From an uncultured bacterium (GTDB taxonomy: Bacteria; T1Sed10-126), in NCBI GenBank assembly GCA_964566495.1, contig CAZMIT010000045.1, positions 1 through 11,978 of the forward strand: a stretch of 11,978 nt of DNA, read 5' to 3'. Of the stretch, positions 1-8,464 are shown piece by piece. The notes beneath the pieces are model-generated. The model had not been told where the DNA came from and did no database searches. It saw nothing but the letters and a program-made list of their open reading frames with translations. The translations under genes were made by a program, and so were the position numbers. Position 1 is the first letter of the stretch. Each line of letters starts with the position of its first letter.

Positions 1-255
1 ATGAAAATTTTGAAATCTCGGCTGTTAGAGCTTAAAATAGAAGAGCAGAAGGAAGATATTAGTGAACTCCGGGGAGAAAAACAGTCGATTGAATGGGGCA
101 GCCAGATACGCTCCTATGTAAACCATCCTTATCAGCAGGTTAAAGATCACCGGACCGGCTGTGAAGTAAGTAGTTTCGAGACAGTGCTGGACGGTGAAAT
201 AAACGAGTTTATCGAAGCATATCTCAGTTCGGAAGTGAATCAGTCATCAAATTAA
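1..255 (+). CDS. prfB: Peptide chain release factor 2, C-terminal fragment (5' part outside the window)
   Basis: Translation contains IEWGSQIRSYVNHPYQQVKDHRTG...VLDGEINEFIEAYL, the typical RF2 C-terminus. The ATG at 1 is internal; stop TAA at 253-255. Confidence 0.93.
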   Translation: MKILKSRLLELKIEEQKEDISELRGEKQSIEWGSQIRSYVNHPYQQVKDHRTGCEVSSFETVLDGEINEFIEAYLSSEVNQSSN

Positions 256-284
256 CAAGGTCATTTCGTTACGTAATTCTCGCA

Positions 285-1685
285 GTGCTTGTCTTTTTTG
301 CGGCGGTGTTTACCGTACACCGCGTAGGTCTGGAGACATTTGGCCGTCAGCTTGATTTATATAATTTTGATCAGCCTGAGATTATGCGGTTGAAGACCGT
401 TGGGGAACTTGAGGACAGCGGGAAAGTAGCGCTCTATAGAGGCGAAGAAATCAAGCGTTTATTTTTTGCCCATTTGCCCAAAAATCCACTTATGGTTGGT
501 CAGGTTAAAAATCTTGAGATCGACCACGAAAAAACTTATATAATCACAACAGAACCATTTTATTTTCAACTGCTGGACCATTCAATCCCGGAGCTTGAAG
601 TTTACGAGCACCCAAATCGTGGTTACCTGGATGGCAGCGCTCTGCCCAACGTGTACGTGCTTAAAACGCCGCTAACCCCAGGCACATTGCGTCAAAAACC
701 GGTGCCCAGGGTTAAATATCCCGAGCAACCGACGGAAGCGAAATATCTCTACCTGAGAAATAGCTACGAGCTGGATATATTTCTGGAAGGGCCGCTGCCG
801 GAGAAGCAGTTTGCCTTAATTTTACCCGAACCGGAGACGCCTTATCCCGATCGTTTTGTGAATCAGATAACCAGATTCTTAAACTATGGCGATGAGGTAG
901 TAGAACTGGGGCCATCTGACCCGCTGGTTGATGGTGAAATTTATCTAACCGAGTATGATCTTGAACAGCGGAAAAGAAGCGGTGTGTTTGAGGGTTTCAA
1001 CAGTAATTTTTATACAGTCGCCTATCTTCTGCTGGGTTTAACGGTCTGTTTTCTTGGGTTTTATAACCAGGGTAAAGTTATTCCCTGGGTTTTCATCGCC
1101 GTCCTGGCGGCCTTTGTGGCTCCTTTCTATCAGTTCCACCGGGTTCTACTGGGCTTATTAGCTGCGGCGATTTTGAAGCTGGGCTGGCTGCGCAAAAGCC
1201 GTTCTCTCATCTGGTATTTACTGGCCGGCATATTGACCTTTGGTTTGCTCTACGCTTCTTATTTGCTTGAACCGCTGGCCAGTATTGAACAGGTTATATA
1301 CGGGCTTGTCCTGGGCGGAATTACTTTCTTTAAGTTTCCAGCCGGATGGCGCCGTCGCCGCCTAAATTTTGAAGATATAGCTTATGCTAGCGTTGTTTTA
1401 CTTCTGTTTTTCTTTTTGTTTTATCCGTGGACCGGTGGCGCAGAATTTGAGCAGTTAGTGAGAGCGCTGGGCTTAATTTTCTTGCCGGTTGTGGGCTGGC
1501 TCTTTCCCCGCTGGGGGGTTAAGCGTCATCTGCTGCGATTGCTTGGGACGGCGGGCTGGTTGATACTTTTTAGCCAGGGAGTGGGAGTTCTATATCTATT
1601 TTTATTTGCTGCTGCGATTATCACCTGGGAAATTGAACTGCTCTACCTGAATCCGGAAGTAGTTGAACAGAGGTTTCTTTTATGA
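285..1685 (+). CDS. Hypothetical integral membrane protein (N-terminal anchor, ~230-aa soluble domain, several C-terminal TM helices)
   Basis: 466-codon ORF that fills the gap between prfB and the next gene. It has a hydrophobic N-terminus and about 7 hydrophobic segments after residue ~243. Its stop overlaps the next start (ATGA 1682-1685). The true start may lie upstream of GTG 285. Confidence 0.8.
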   Translation: MLVFFAAVFTVHRVGLETFGRQLDLYNFDQPEIMRLKTVGELEDSGKVALYRGEEIKRLFFAHLPKNPLMVGQVKNLEIDHEKTYIITTEPFYFQLLDHSIPELEVYEHPNRGYLDGSALPNVYVLKTPLTPGTLRQKPVPRVKYPEQPTEAKYLYLRNSYELDIFLEGPLPEKQFALILPEPETPYPDRFVNQITRFLNYGDEVVELGPSDPLVDGEIYLTEYDLEQRKRSGVFEGFNSNFYTVAYLLLGLTVCFLGFYNQGKVIPWVFIAVLAAFVAPFYQFHRVLLGLLAAAILKLGWLRKSRSLIWYLLAGILTFGLLYASYLLEPLASIEQVIYGLVLGGITFFKFPAGWRRRRLNFEDIAYASVVLLLFFFLFYPWTGGAEFEQLVRALGLIFLPVVGWLFPRWGVKRHLLRLLGTAGWLILFSQGVGVLYLFLFAAAIITWEIELLYLNPEVVEQRFLL

Positions 1686-2338
1686 CTATTAAAGATCTGC
1701 TTTTTCCAAAACTAAAGGTTACTGCGACGACGATGGTCGTGCTTGTGCTGATAGTTCTGCCGCTCCGGGCTGAAGACATATATTTGCGGCGTGAAAATGG
1801 AATAGTAAAACTAACTGAAGAACCCGAGCGAGACGATTTTGCATTTTTAAGGCAATCTGATCAACCGGAGGAGCAGGACCTCCCCGGCCTAAATGAACTG
1901 GAGGATATAATCGAGGAAAACGCCGACCGTTTTGATTTGCCGGAAATACTTATCTATTCCGTAATTATGATGGAATCCGGTGGAGACAGCTCGGCTTTGA
2001 GCGAGGCTGGAGCCCAGGGGCTAATGCAGTTGATGCCGCGAACGGCAGAGTCATTGGGAGTCAAGGACGTCTGGGAACCGGCGGAAAACATTCGCGGTGG
2101 CAGCAAGTATTTGAGCCGGATGCTGGCCCGCTACGACGGTGATTTAGACCTGGCTTTAGCAGCTTACAACGCCGGCCCCGGGGCAGTGGATGAGCACGAC
2201 GGCATTCCACCTTTCCCGGAGACACAACATTTTGTTGAAGCCACCCGTAATTCTTTTGAAGATTTGCGTCGTGATCAGGATAAAATTTTTGTCTATCGTG
2301 ATTCGCGGGGAATAATAAATATAACCAACATCAAGTAA
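1682..2338 (+). CDS. Exported lytic transglycosylase (SLT domain)
   Basis: SLT motifs: catalytic [53 protein letters not shown]. The N-terminus is signal-peptide-like ([12 protein letters not shown]). Confidence 0.92.
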   Translation: MTIKDLLFPKLKVTATTMVVLVLIVLPLRAEDIYLRRENGIVKLTEEPERDDFAFLRQSDQPEEQDLPGLNELEDIIEENADRFDLPEILIYSVIMMESGGDSSALSEAGAQGLMQLMPRTAESLGVKDVWEPAENIRGGSKYLSRMLARYDGDLDLALAAYNAGPGAVDEHDGIPPFPETQHFVEATRNSFEDLRRDQDKIFVYRDSRGIINITNIK

Positions 2339-2406
2339 GTGCCGTTAAAACCTCATTTGATTTTCCATCAGAAAATGATTACAGCTACAGGGTGATTTAT
2401 ACAACT

Positions 2407-4842
2407 ATGCCTAATTATGATTACGACAGTATAGAAAGAAAGTGGCAAAAAAATTGGTCAGAAAAACGTAAATATGAAGTTGAGGGTCGGGCTGCCAATC
2501 CATTCTATGTGCTGGTAATGTACCCTTATCCGTCCGGACGCATTCATATGGGTCATGTTCGGAACTATACGATTGGTGATGCCATTGCCCGTTTCCGGCG
2601 CAAACAGGGCTATGACGTTCTGCATCCGATGGGCTGGGACGCCTTTGGATTACCGGCTGAAAACGCTGCAATTGAGCGGGACGCAGACCCCGGCGAGTGG
2701 ACTTATGACAACATTGATGAGATGAAGGAACAGCTCACCCGGCTTGGCTTCTCCTACTGCTGGGAACGTGAAATTACAACCTGTTCTCCCGACTACTACC
2801 GCTGGAATCAGAAGATATTTCTCGAAATGCTGGAAGAAGATTTGGCCTATAGAGACACTACTACTGTCAATTGGTGCCCCGAGTGTGGGACTGTTCTTGC
2901 GAATGAGCAGGTTCACGATGACCTTTGCTGGCGCTGTGACAGTGTGGTGGAAGAAAAGGAACAGCACGGCTGGTTTCTAAAAACAACTGACTACGCCGAG
3001 CAGTTGCTGGAAGACATGGAGCAGCTTGATGGCTGGCCGGACAGGGTGTTAGAGATGCAGCGCAACTGGATTGGTCGTTCGCCGGGTGCCCGGGTCGAGT
3101 TTGAACTGCCGGAGTCAGAGGAGCAGCTAACTGTGTTCACCACCCGGGCCGACACGCTTTACGGTGCGACGTTTATGGCCCTGTCGCCTCAGCATCGCCT
3201 GGCCCGTGAGCTGGCTCAAGGAACTGATCAGGAACAAGCGGTTGAACAGTTTTTTGAGCGCTGGGAAGCAGGCGAAGAGATGTCCACGGGGGACGGTGTA
3301 TTTTCCGGCCGCTATGCCGTGAATCCGATAAACGGTGAGCAGATACCGATCTATATTGCTGATTACGTTCTGATCGAATATGGCACCGGAGCAATTATGG
3401 CTGTGCCCGCCCACGATGAGCGTGACTTTGAGTTTGCTCGCTGTAATGAAATAGCGATCCGACCGGTTATATCGCCGGACGGGAAAAAACCGCAACTGCC
3501 GCTTGAGGAGGCCTACACCGGTGAGGGAGAGCTGATCAATTCAGGGACCCACAGCGGCTTGGATTCCGAAACTGCGCGAGCTAAAATTGCCAACTGGTTA
3601 GAGGAGCGTAATCTGGGCGAAGCGACCGTCAGCTATCGACTGCGTGACTGGGGAATCAGCCGGCAGCGTTACTGGGGGACGCCAATTCCGATAGTTTATT
3701 GTGAGGATTGTGGAGTTGTTCCTGTCCCGGACGAACAATTGCCGGTAGAGCTGCCCGAAGATGTGGAGTTTTCCCACGGGAAAAACATTCTTGAGTCGAG
3801 CGATGAGTTTGTTGAACAGCAGTGTCCCGACTGTGGTCGTTCGGCGCGCCGTGAAACTGATACTATGGATACTTTTATCGACAGCTCTTGGTATTATGCA
3901 CGTTATTGTTCACCGGAAGAGACGAGCCAGCCATTTGATAGCGAGCTGGCCAACAACTGGGTGCCGGTTGATCAGTATATCGGTGGTATAGAGCATGCCT
4001 GCATGCATTTGCTATATGCACGCTTTTTTCACAAGGTAATGCGAGATTTTGGCTGGCTGGAGAGTGACGAGCCGTTTACCCGTCTGCTTACCCAGGGGAT
4101 GGTTCTGCTGGACGGCGAGAAGATGTCAAAGAGCAAGGGGAATGTTGTTGATCCGGAGGAAATGCAGGATGAATACGGCGCCGATACAGTGCGCCTTTTT
4201 ACCCTTTTTGCAGCGCCACCGGAGAAGGATCTTGACTGGGACGAAGAAGGAGTCCAGGGAGCGCATAGATTTTTAAAACGGCTCTGGAATTTCATGCAGG
4301 ACAATAAAGAGCAGTTAAGCGTAGAAACGATCAGGCCCCCGGAGGAACAAGAGCTTACAGAGGAAGAGGAAAAAGAGCTCTTCCGAAAGACACACGAAAC
4401 GATTGGTCGGGTTACTGAAGACCTGGAGCGGTCTTATCAGTTTAACACCGCTATTGCCGCCTGCATGGAACTTTATAACTCGCTGCAGGATAATTTTACT
4501 CCTCAAGTAGGGCCCTGGAGTTATGCTATCCTGCTGGATCTCCTCTATCCGATTGCCCCCCATTTCTGCAACGAGGTGGCCGAGCGTCTCGGGCACTTGG
4601 AGCTGCCTGGTGAACGGGGCTGGCCGGAGTGGTCGGAGGAGGCGGCGACCGCGGATGAAATTGAAGTAGTTATCCAGGTGAACGGCAAGGTTCGCGATCG
4701 GATGAGCGTCCCGGCGGGCTGCCCGGGTGAGCTGATGGAAGAGCAAGCACTGGAGAGCTCCCGGGTTCAGGAATATCTCGACGGTTCAGAACCGAAAAAA
4801 TTAATTGTCGTGCCGGATAAACTGGTCAACGTGGTTGTCTAA
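2407..4842 (+). CDS. leuS: Leucine--tRNA ligase
   Basis: [13 protein letters not shown] (HIGH), [15 protein letters not shown]1 editing motifs [10 protein letters not shown] and [36 protein letters not shown]-terminal [12 protein letters not shown] 2407 ([14 protein letters not shown]) is preferred over GTG 2392. Confidence 0.98.
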   Translation: MPNYDYDSIERKWQKNWSEKRKYEVEGRAANPFYVLVMYPYPSGRIHMGHVRNYTIGDAIARFRRKQGYDVLHPMGWDAFGLPAENAAIERDADPGEWTYDNIDEMKEQLTRLGFSYCWEREITTCSPDYYRWNQKIFLEMLEEDLAYRDTTTVNWCPECGTVLANEQVHDDLCWRCDSVVEEKEQHGWFLKTTDYAEQLLEDMEQLDGWPDRVLEMQRNWIGRSPGARVEFELPESEEQLTVFTTRADTLYGATFMALSPQHRLARELAQGTDQEQAVEQFFERWEAGEEMSTGDGVFSGRYAVNPINGEQIPIYIADYVLIEYGTGAIMAVPAHDERDFEFARCNEIAIRPVISPDGKKPQLPLEEAYTGEGELINSGTHSGLDSETARAKIANWLEERNLGEATVSYRLRDWGISRQRYWGTPIPIVYCEDCGVVPVPDEQLPVELPEDVEFSHGKNILESSDEFVEQQCPDCGRSARRETDTMDTFIDSSWYYARYCSPEETSQPFDSELANNWVPVDQYIGGIEHACMHLLYARFFHKVMRDFGWLESDEPFTRLLTQGMVLLDGEKMSKSKGNVVDPEEMQDEYGADTVRLFTLFAAPPEKDLDWDEEGVQGAHRFLKRLWNFMQDNKEQLSVETIRPPEEQELTEEEEKELFRKTHETIGRVTEDLERSYQFNTAIAACMELYNSLQDNFTPQVGPWSYAILLDLLYPIAPHFCNEVAERLGHLELPGERGWPEWSEEAATADEIEVVIQVNGKVRDRMSVPAGCPGELMEEQALESSRVQEYLDGSEPKKLIVVPDKLVNVVV

Positions 4843-4844
4843 CC

Positions 4845-5942
4845 TTGGAACTTGGTATTGTCGGCCTCCCCAACGTCGGAAAATCAACTCTTTTCAACGC
4901 TTTAACAGAAAACCAGGTTGCGGCAGAAAACTATCCCTTTTGCACGGTCGACCCTAACGTCGGGGTAGTGCAGGTCCCCGACGAACGGCTTGACGATATT
5001 GCCGGCTGGGTCGAAAGCGAGACAGTTACTCCGGCTTCAATCAGGTTTCTTGACGTTGCCGGGCTGGTGCGAGACGCCAGCGAGGGGGAAGGTCTGGGCA
5101 ATCAGTTTCTCAGTCAAATACGCGGGGTGGATGCGGTCTGTCACGTGCTGCGCTTTTTTGAGGATAACAACGTCAGTCACGTCGAGGGGGGGGTTGATCC
5201 GCAGCGAGATCTGGAAATAGTTGAAACTGAGTTTGCGCTGGCTGATCTGGAGGTGGTCTCGCGTCGGCTGGATAAATTGGAAAAGGATTCGCGGCTGGCG
5301 GGGGACGATGTAAAATCGGAAGTAAACTTGTTGAAGAAACTTGAAGAACGGTTGGCTGCCGGGGAGCGACTGTCGGCTGATTTTTTCCCCGAGGGGAGTC
5401 AGTCATTGTTAGAAGAGTTATCTCTGCTAACACTGAAACCGGTGCTTTACGTGTTGAACGTCGATGAAGGGATTTTTGAGGAGCGCCAGTCGAATTCGGA
5501 ATACAGGCGGGTAACGGAATATATTGAGGAGGAATCGGGGAACGATTACGTAACCATCTGCGCCGAACTTGAGGCCGAGATGTTAGGTATGAATTGGGAG
5601 GACAAGCAGTTGTTCCTGGAAGATCTTGGTCTGGAAGAAACAGGGTTACAGCGGTTAGTCAAGAAGGCCCATAAGTTGCTGAACCTGATTACTTTTTTCA
5701 CCTATAACGAGAATGAATTAAGGGCTTGGTCTCTACCGCAGGGTTCAACCGCTCCGCAGGCGGCGGGTAAAGTGCACTCCGACTTTGAGAAGGGCTTTAT
5801 AAGCGCCGAGACGATCAATTATCATAAGTTTAAGCGCTACCGTTCCTGGCCAGAGGCGACCGCTGATGGAGCTGTGAGGACAGTTGGCAAGGATTACGTG
5901 GTGCGCGACGGAGACATCCTACTCTTTCGTTTCAACCTGTAA
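4845..5942 (+). CDS. ychF: Redox-regulated ribosome-binding ATPase YchF (Obg family)
   Basis: GIVGLPNVGKSTLFNALT P-loop, NYPFCTVDPN, DVAGLV, GEGLGNQFL, NVDE G4 variant, TGS-like C-terminus (APQAAGKVHSDFEKGFI, GKDYVVRDGD). TTG start 2 nt after the leuS stop. Confidence 0.97.
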   Translation: MELGIVGLPNVGKSTLFNALTENQVAAENYPFCTVDPNVGVVQVPDERLDDIAGWVESETVTPASIRFLDVAGLVRDASEGEGLGNQFLSQIRGVDAVCHVLRFFEDNNVSHVEGGVDPQRDLEIVETEFALADLEVVSRRLDKLEKDSRLAGDDVKSEVNLLKKLEERLAAGERLSADFFPEGSQSLLEELSLLTLKPVLYVLNVDEGIFEERQSNSEYRRVTEYIEEESGNDYVTICAELEAEMLGMNWEDKQLFLEDLGLEETGLQRLVKKAHKLLNLITFFTYNENELRAWSLPQGSTAPQAAGKVHSDFEKGFISAETINYHKFKRYRSWPEATADGAVRTVGKDYVVRDGDILLFRFNL

Positions 5943-5953
5943 GGAGGTAGAAG

Positions 5954-6574
5954 ATGAGTTACCCACGTCTAATCGGGATAGTAAAGTTGAAGCGTTGGAT
6001 GATCGAAGAACAGGGTTTCGCCAGTCCGCCGTTTGTGTTTGACTTTGATATAAGCTGGCCTCGCCCGACTGTCAGTAATTCAAGACGCGAGTTAATAGTT
6101 GGAGAGGAGGCAGGTCAGGAGGTAGACTGGAGCGGTCGTTCCTTCAGGGAAAAACTAATATTCAAAGAAATTCTGGAAGGACCTATTTCACTGGGAGTGA
6201 GCGTTTACCCGGCGGATATAGGGGTGGCGGAAAAATTAAGTGATCTCGTCAGCCGGCTGGGGGCGGAGATGGCGTCAAACTTTATAAACCTCAGATTTTC
6301 CACCTTAAATAGAATAGCTGACATAGTTCAGGAGACGGGAGTGGGGGGGTTTGTGGAAAGCCTTGAGAAGAGTATTGCAGCCGGCTCGACCCGGCTTGAG
6401 TTGGAAGCGCCGCGTGGGAAATTTGATTTGCGTCTTCCCCTGAGAGCGCCGGAGAATATTGAAAATCCAGCTCCGGAGAGAAGACGGGTGCGGGAGAAGG
6501 AACCAGATCTATTGAAGCAACCGGGAGAAGAGAACGGTTTTGTCGAATTAGAGATAGAGCTGATGGATCGATAA
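5954..6574 (+). CDS. Hypothetical soluble protein, 206 aa
   Basis: Strong Shine-Dalgarno AAGGAGG (5941-5947) 6 nt before the ATG; co-directional with ychF; no motif recognised. Confidence 0.8.
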   Translation: MSYPRLIGIVKLKRWMIEEQGFASPPFVFDFDISWPRPTVSNSRRELIVGEEAGQEVDWSGRSFREKLIFKEILEGPISLGVSVYPADIGVAEKLSDLVSRLGAEMASNFINLRFSTLNRIADIVQETGVGGFVESLEKSIAAGSTRLELEAPRGKFDLRLPLRAPENIENPAPERRRVREKEPDLLKQPGEENGFVELEIELMDR

Positions 6575-6641
6575 ACTGTAATTATACCCGTTGTTATTCA
6601 GGATATTTTGATTCATTTGAATTTTTGGGTTGTCCCTTGCC

Positions 6642-6754
6642 GTCATTGCCCAACTTGATTGGGCAATCCAGTGACTTTGACCTTGATCTTGATGTTGAAC
6701 TACCGATTACCGATCACTGAACTTCCGCTGGATTCTCGCTTTCGCGGGAATGAC
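6642..6754. repeat. REPIN/dRS3-like intergenic element: two inverted palindromic units flanking a short-repeat spacer
   Basis: Left unit GTCATT-GCCCAACTTGATTGGGC-AATCCAG (6642-6671). Right unit on the - strand GTCATT-CCCGCGAAAGCGAG-AATCCAG (6728-6754). The right unit contains ATTCTC-N8-GGGAAT, one mismatch from the Neisseria dRS3 pattern ATTCCC-N8-GGGAAT. Confidence 0.75.
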
Positions 6755-6778
6755 AACCGAAAAACGGATAAAAGAGCG

Positions 6779-6798
6779 GTCACAGTTTAGACTGTGAC
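6779..6798. promoter_or_regulatory. Perfect 8-bp inverted repeat upstream of the MazG-like gene (possible operator or hairpin)
   Basis: GTCACAGT-TTAG-ACTGTGAC; the function is not evident from sequence. Confidence 0.35.
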
Positions 6799-6841
6799 TG
6801 AACAGTAGGTTATGGGAAAAATTCAGATAGGAAGTGAAACG

Positions 6842-7174
6842 ATGAAAATTGGAGAATACAGCGAACAGGCAAAAGAAACGGCCGTCTATCCGGACAAGGG
6901 AGAGGGGAACTTTGTCTATCCGGCGCTTGGCCTGGCCGGTGAGGCGGGAGAGGTGGCCGAAAAGGTTAAAAAGATACTGCGCGATGACGGGGGGGAGTTA
7001 GGGGAAACTAAAAAGAAACAACTAAGCGACGAGCTGGGCGATGTGCTCTGGTATTGGGCAACACTCTGCCGGGAGCTGGACCTGGACCCGGCAGAGGTGG
7101 CCCGCCAAAACGTAGCGAAGTTAAATGATCGCGCCGAAAGAGGCTGCCTTGGGGGAAGCGGAGATCGACGCTAA
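6842..7174 (+). CDS. MazG-like nucleoside triphosphate pyrophosphohydrolase (single domain)
   Basis: YPALGLAGEAGEVAEKVKK...DELGDVLWY (ExxE...ExxD metal site) and C-terminal GSGDRR. ATG 6842 is preceded by GGAAGTGA and is preferred over ATG 6812. Confidence 0.9.
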   Translation: MKIGEYSEQAKETAVYPDKGEGNFVYPALGLAGEAGEVAEKVKKILRDDGGELGETKKKQLSDELGDVLWYWATLCRELDLDPAEVARQNVAKLNDRAERGCLGGSGDRR

Positions 7175-7181
7175 TAATTTT

Positions 7182-7207
7182 CCGGCTCTTTTCCAGAAAA
7201 AGACCGG
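7182..7207. terminator. Possible hairpin/terminator between the convergent MazG-like gene and ygeW
   Basis: CCGG(C)TCTTTT-CCAGA-AAAAGACCGG, a 10-bp stem with one bulge; no clear U-tract on either strand. Confidence 0.35.
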
Positions 7208-7223
7208 GTTAACCGGCGGGAGA

Positions 7224-8432
7224 TTAACTTTCAAAAGTACCGGCGCGACGGTTACGTTTCCGGTAAAGATGATCGAGTAGTGAAATAGGATTGCGGAAAC
7301 GCGCTCCAATAATCATAGCCGCAATTATGTAAGGTTTGTAGCGAGCCTCGTAGTAGGTGTCGATGCGTGCCTGTTCAAACACTTCTTCAGTAACCTCGCC
7401 CTGCTCACAGGACACGCCTGAGATATCAGCCGGCAGGCAGTGCATGTAAAGAGCGTCGCCGTCCCGAGTCAAATCCATCTTATCCCGGTCGCATACCCAA
7501 TCAGTATGCTGCTTGTTACGCTTCAGGCACTGCTGTTCAAGATCTTCCAGACCTGTTTTGTTGTCTTCTTGCAGCAGCTTGGTCTTCTCCTGCATCACAC
7601 TGTAGGGGGCCCAGCTCTTCGGGTAAACAACGTCAGCGTTTTCAAAAGCTGCTTCCATTGAGTTCGACTGTTCAAAACTGCCGCCGCTCTCCCTGGCGTA
7701 TTGGTTGGCCTTGTTAATAGTATCGTCCATCAGGTCGTAGCCTTCCGGGTGAGCGAGGTGAACGTCCATGCCAAATCGACTCATCAGGGTGATGATACCC
7801 TGGGGCACGGATAGCGGTTTTCCGTAGCTGGGAGAGTAAGCCCAGGTCATAGCAATTTTTTTACCTTTTAAATCCTCTAACCGTCCACCGCAGTAGCGTT
7901 TTAAATGCAACAGGTCAGTGAGTGTTTGAGTCGGATGGTCGACGTCACACTGCAGATTAACGATAGCCGGTCGATGGCCGAGGACCCCCTTTTCAAAACC
8001 TTCATCCAGGGCCTCACCGACGTCTTGCATATACTGGTGCCCCTGGCCGATAAATTTGTCATGGCGGATGCCAATAACCTCACTCAAAAAAGAGATCATG
8101 TTGGAGGTCTCGCGCAGCGTCTCACCGTGCGAAACCTGGGTTTTTGTCTCATCGAATTCGTTCAGGGTCAGGCCCAGCAAATTGGCGGCCGAGGCAAAAG
8201 AAAAGCGTGTGCGTGTCGACTTGTCCTTAAAAATAGAAATCGCCAGGCCGGTTTGAAAAAAGCGAGTTGAAATATTGTTCCGATATAGTGTCCTGAGGAG
8301 TTGAGCTAATTTAATTGTTGCCTTGATCTCCTCCTCTGTCTTGTCAGTGGTAAGTAAAAAGTCATTGCGATAGGTGTCAAAGTCCAAGTTACGTAGTAAG
8401 TTCAGTTCGTCAAGAAAACTTTGCATCTTCAC
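7224..8432 (-). CDS. ygeW: Knotted carbamoyltransferase, YgeW family
   Basis: FKDKSTRTRFSF (carbamoyl-phosphate site), HGETLRET, NLQCDVDHPTQ, family signature WAYSPSYGKPLSVPQG, YPKSW, YMHCLPADI. SD AGGAGG 8 nt before GTG 8432. Confidence 0.95.
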   Translation of the reverse strand: MKMQSFLDELNLLRNLDFDTYRNDFLLTTDKTEEEIKATIKLAQLLRTLYRNNISTRFFQTGLAISIFKDKSTRTRFSFASAANLLGLTLNEFDETKTQVSHGETLRETSNMISFLSEVIGIRHDKFIGQGHQYMQDVGEALDEGFEKGVLGHRPAIVNLQCDVDHPTQTLTDLLHLKRYCGGRLEDLKGKKIAMTWAYSPSYGKPLSVPQGIITLMSRFGMDVHLAHPEGYDLMDDTINKANQYARESGGSFEQSNSMEAAFENADVVYPKSWAPYSVMQEKTKLLQEDNKTGLEDLEQQCLKRNKQHTDWVCDRDKMDLTRDGDALYMHCLPADISGVSCEQGEVTEEVFEQARIDTYYEARYKPYIIAAMIIGARFRNPISLLDHLYRKRNRRAGTFES

Positions 8433-8464
8433 TACAATCTCCTCCTGTTAAGTAGTTGTTAATT

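Noticed and set aside
1..255. prfB programmed +1 frameshift site
   Set aside because: That site lies near the 5' end of prfB, outside this window, so it cannot be assessed.
2411..5433. Alternative-frame and antisense ORFs within leuS and ychF (e.g. 2650-2967, 3127-3495, 4315-4746)
   Set aside because: They are fully nested in well-conserved genes with no motifs; typical shadow ORFs.
6575..6800. CRISPR array or intact IS in the intergenic repeat region
   Set aside because: The units are inverted rather than direct, there are only two, and no cas or transposase gene is present.
7224..8432. Ornithine or aspartate carbamoyltransferase (argF/pyrB)
   Set aside because: The ~400-aa length, the WAYSPSYGKPLSVPQG signature and the adjacent ygeY point to YgeW.
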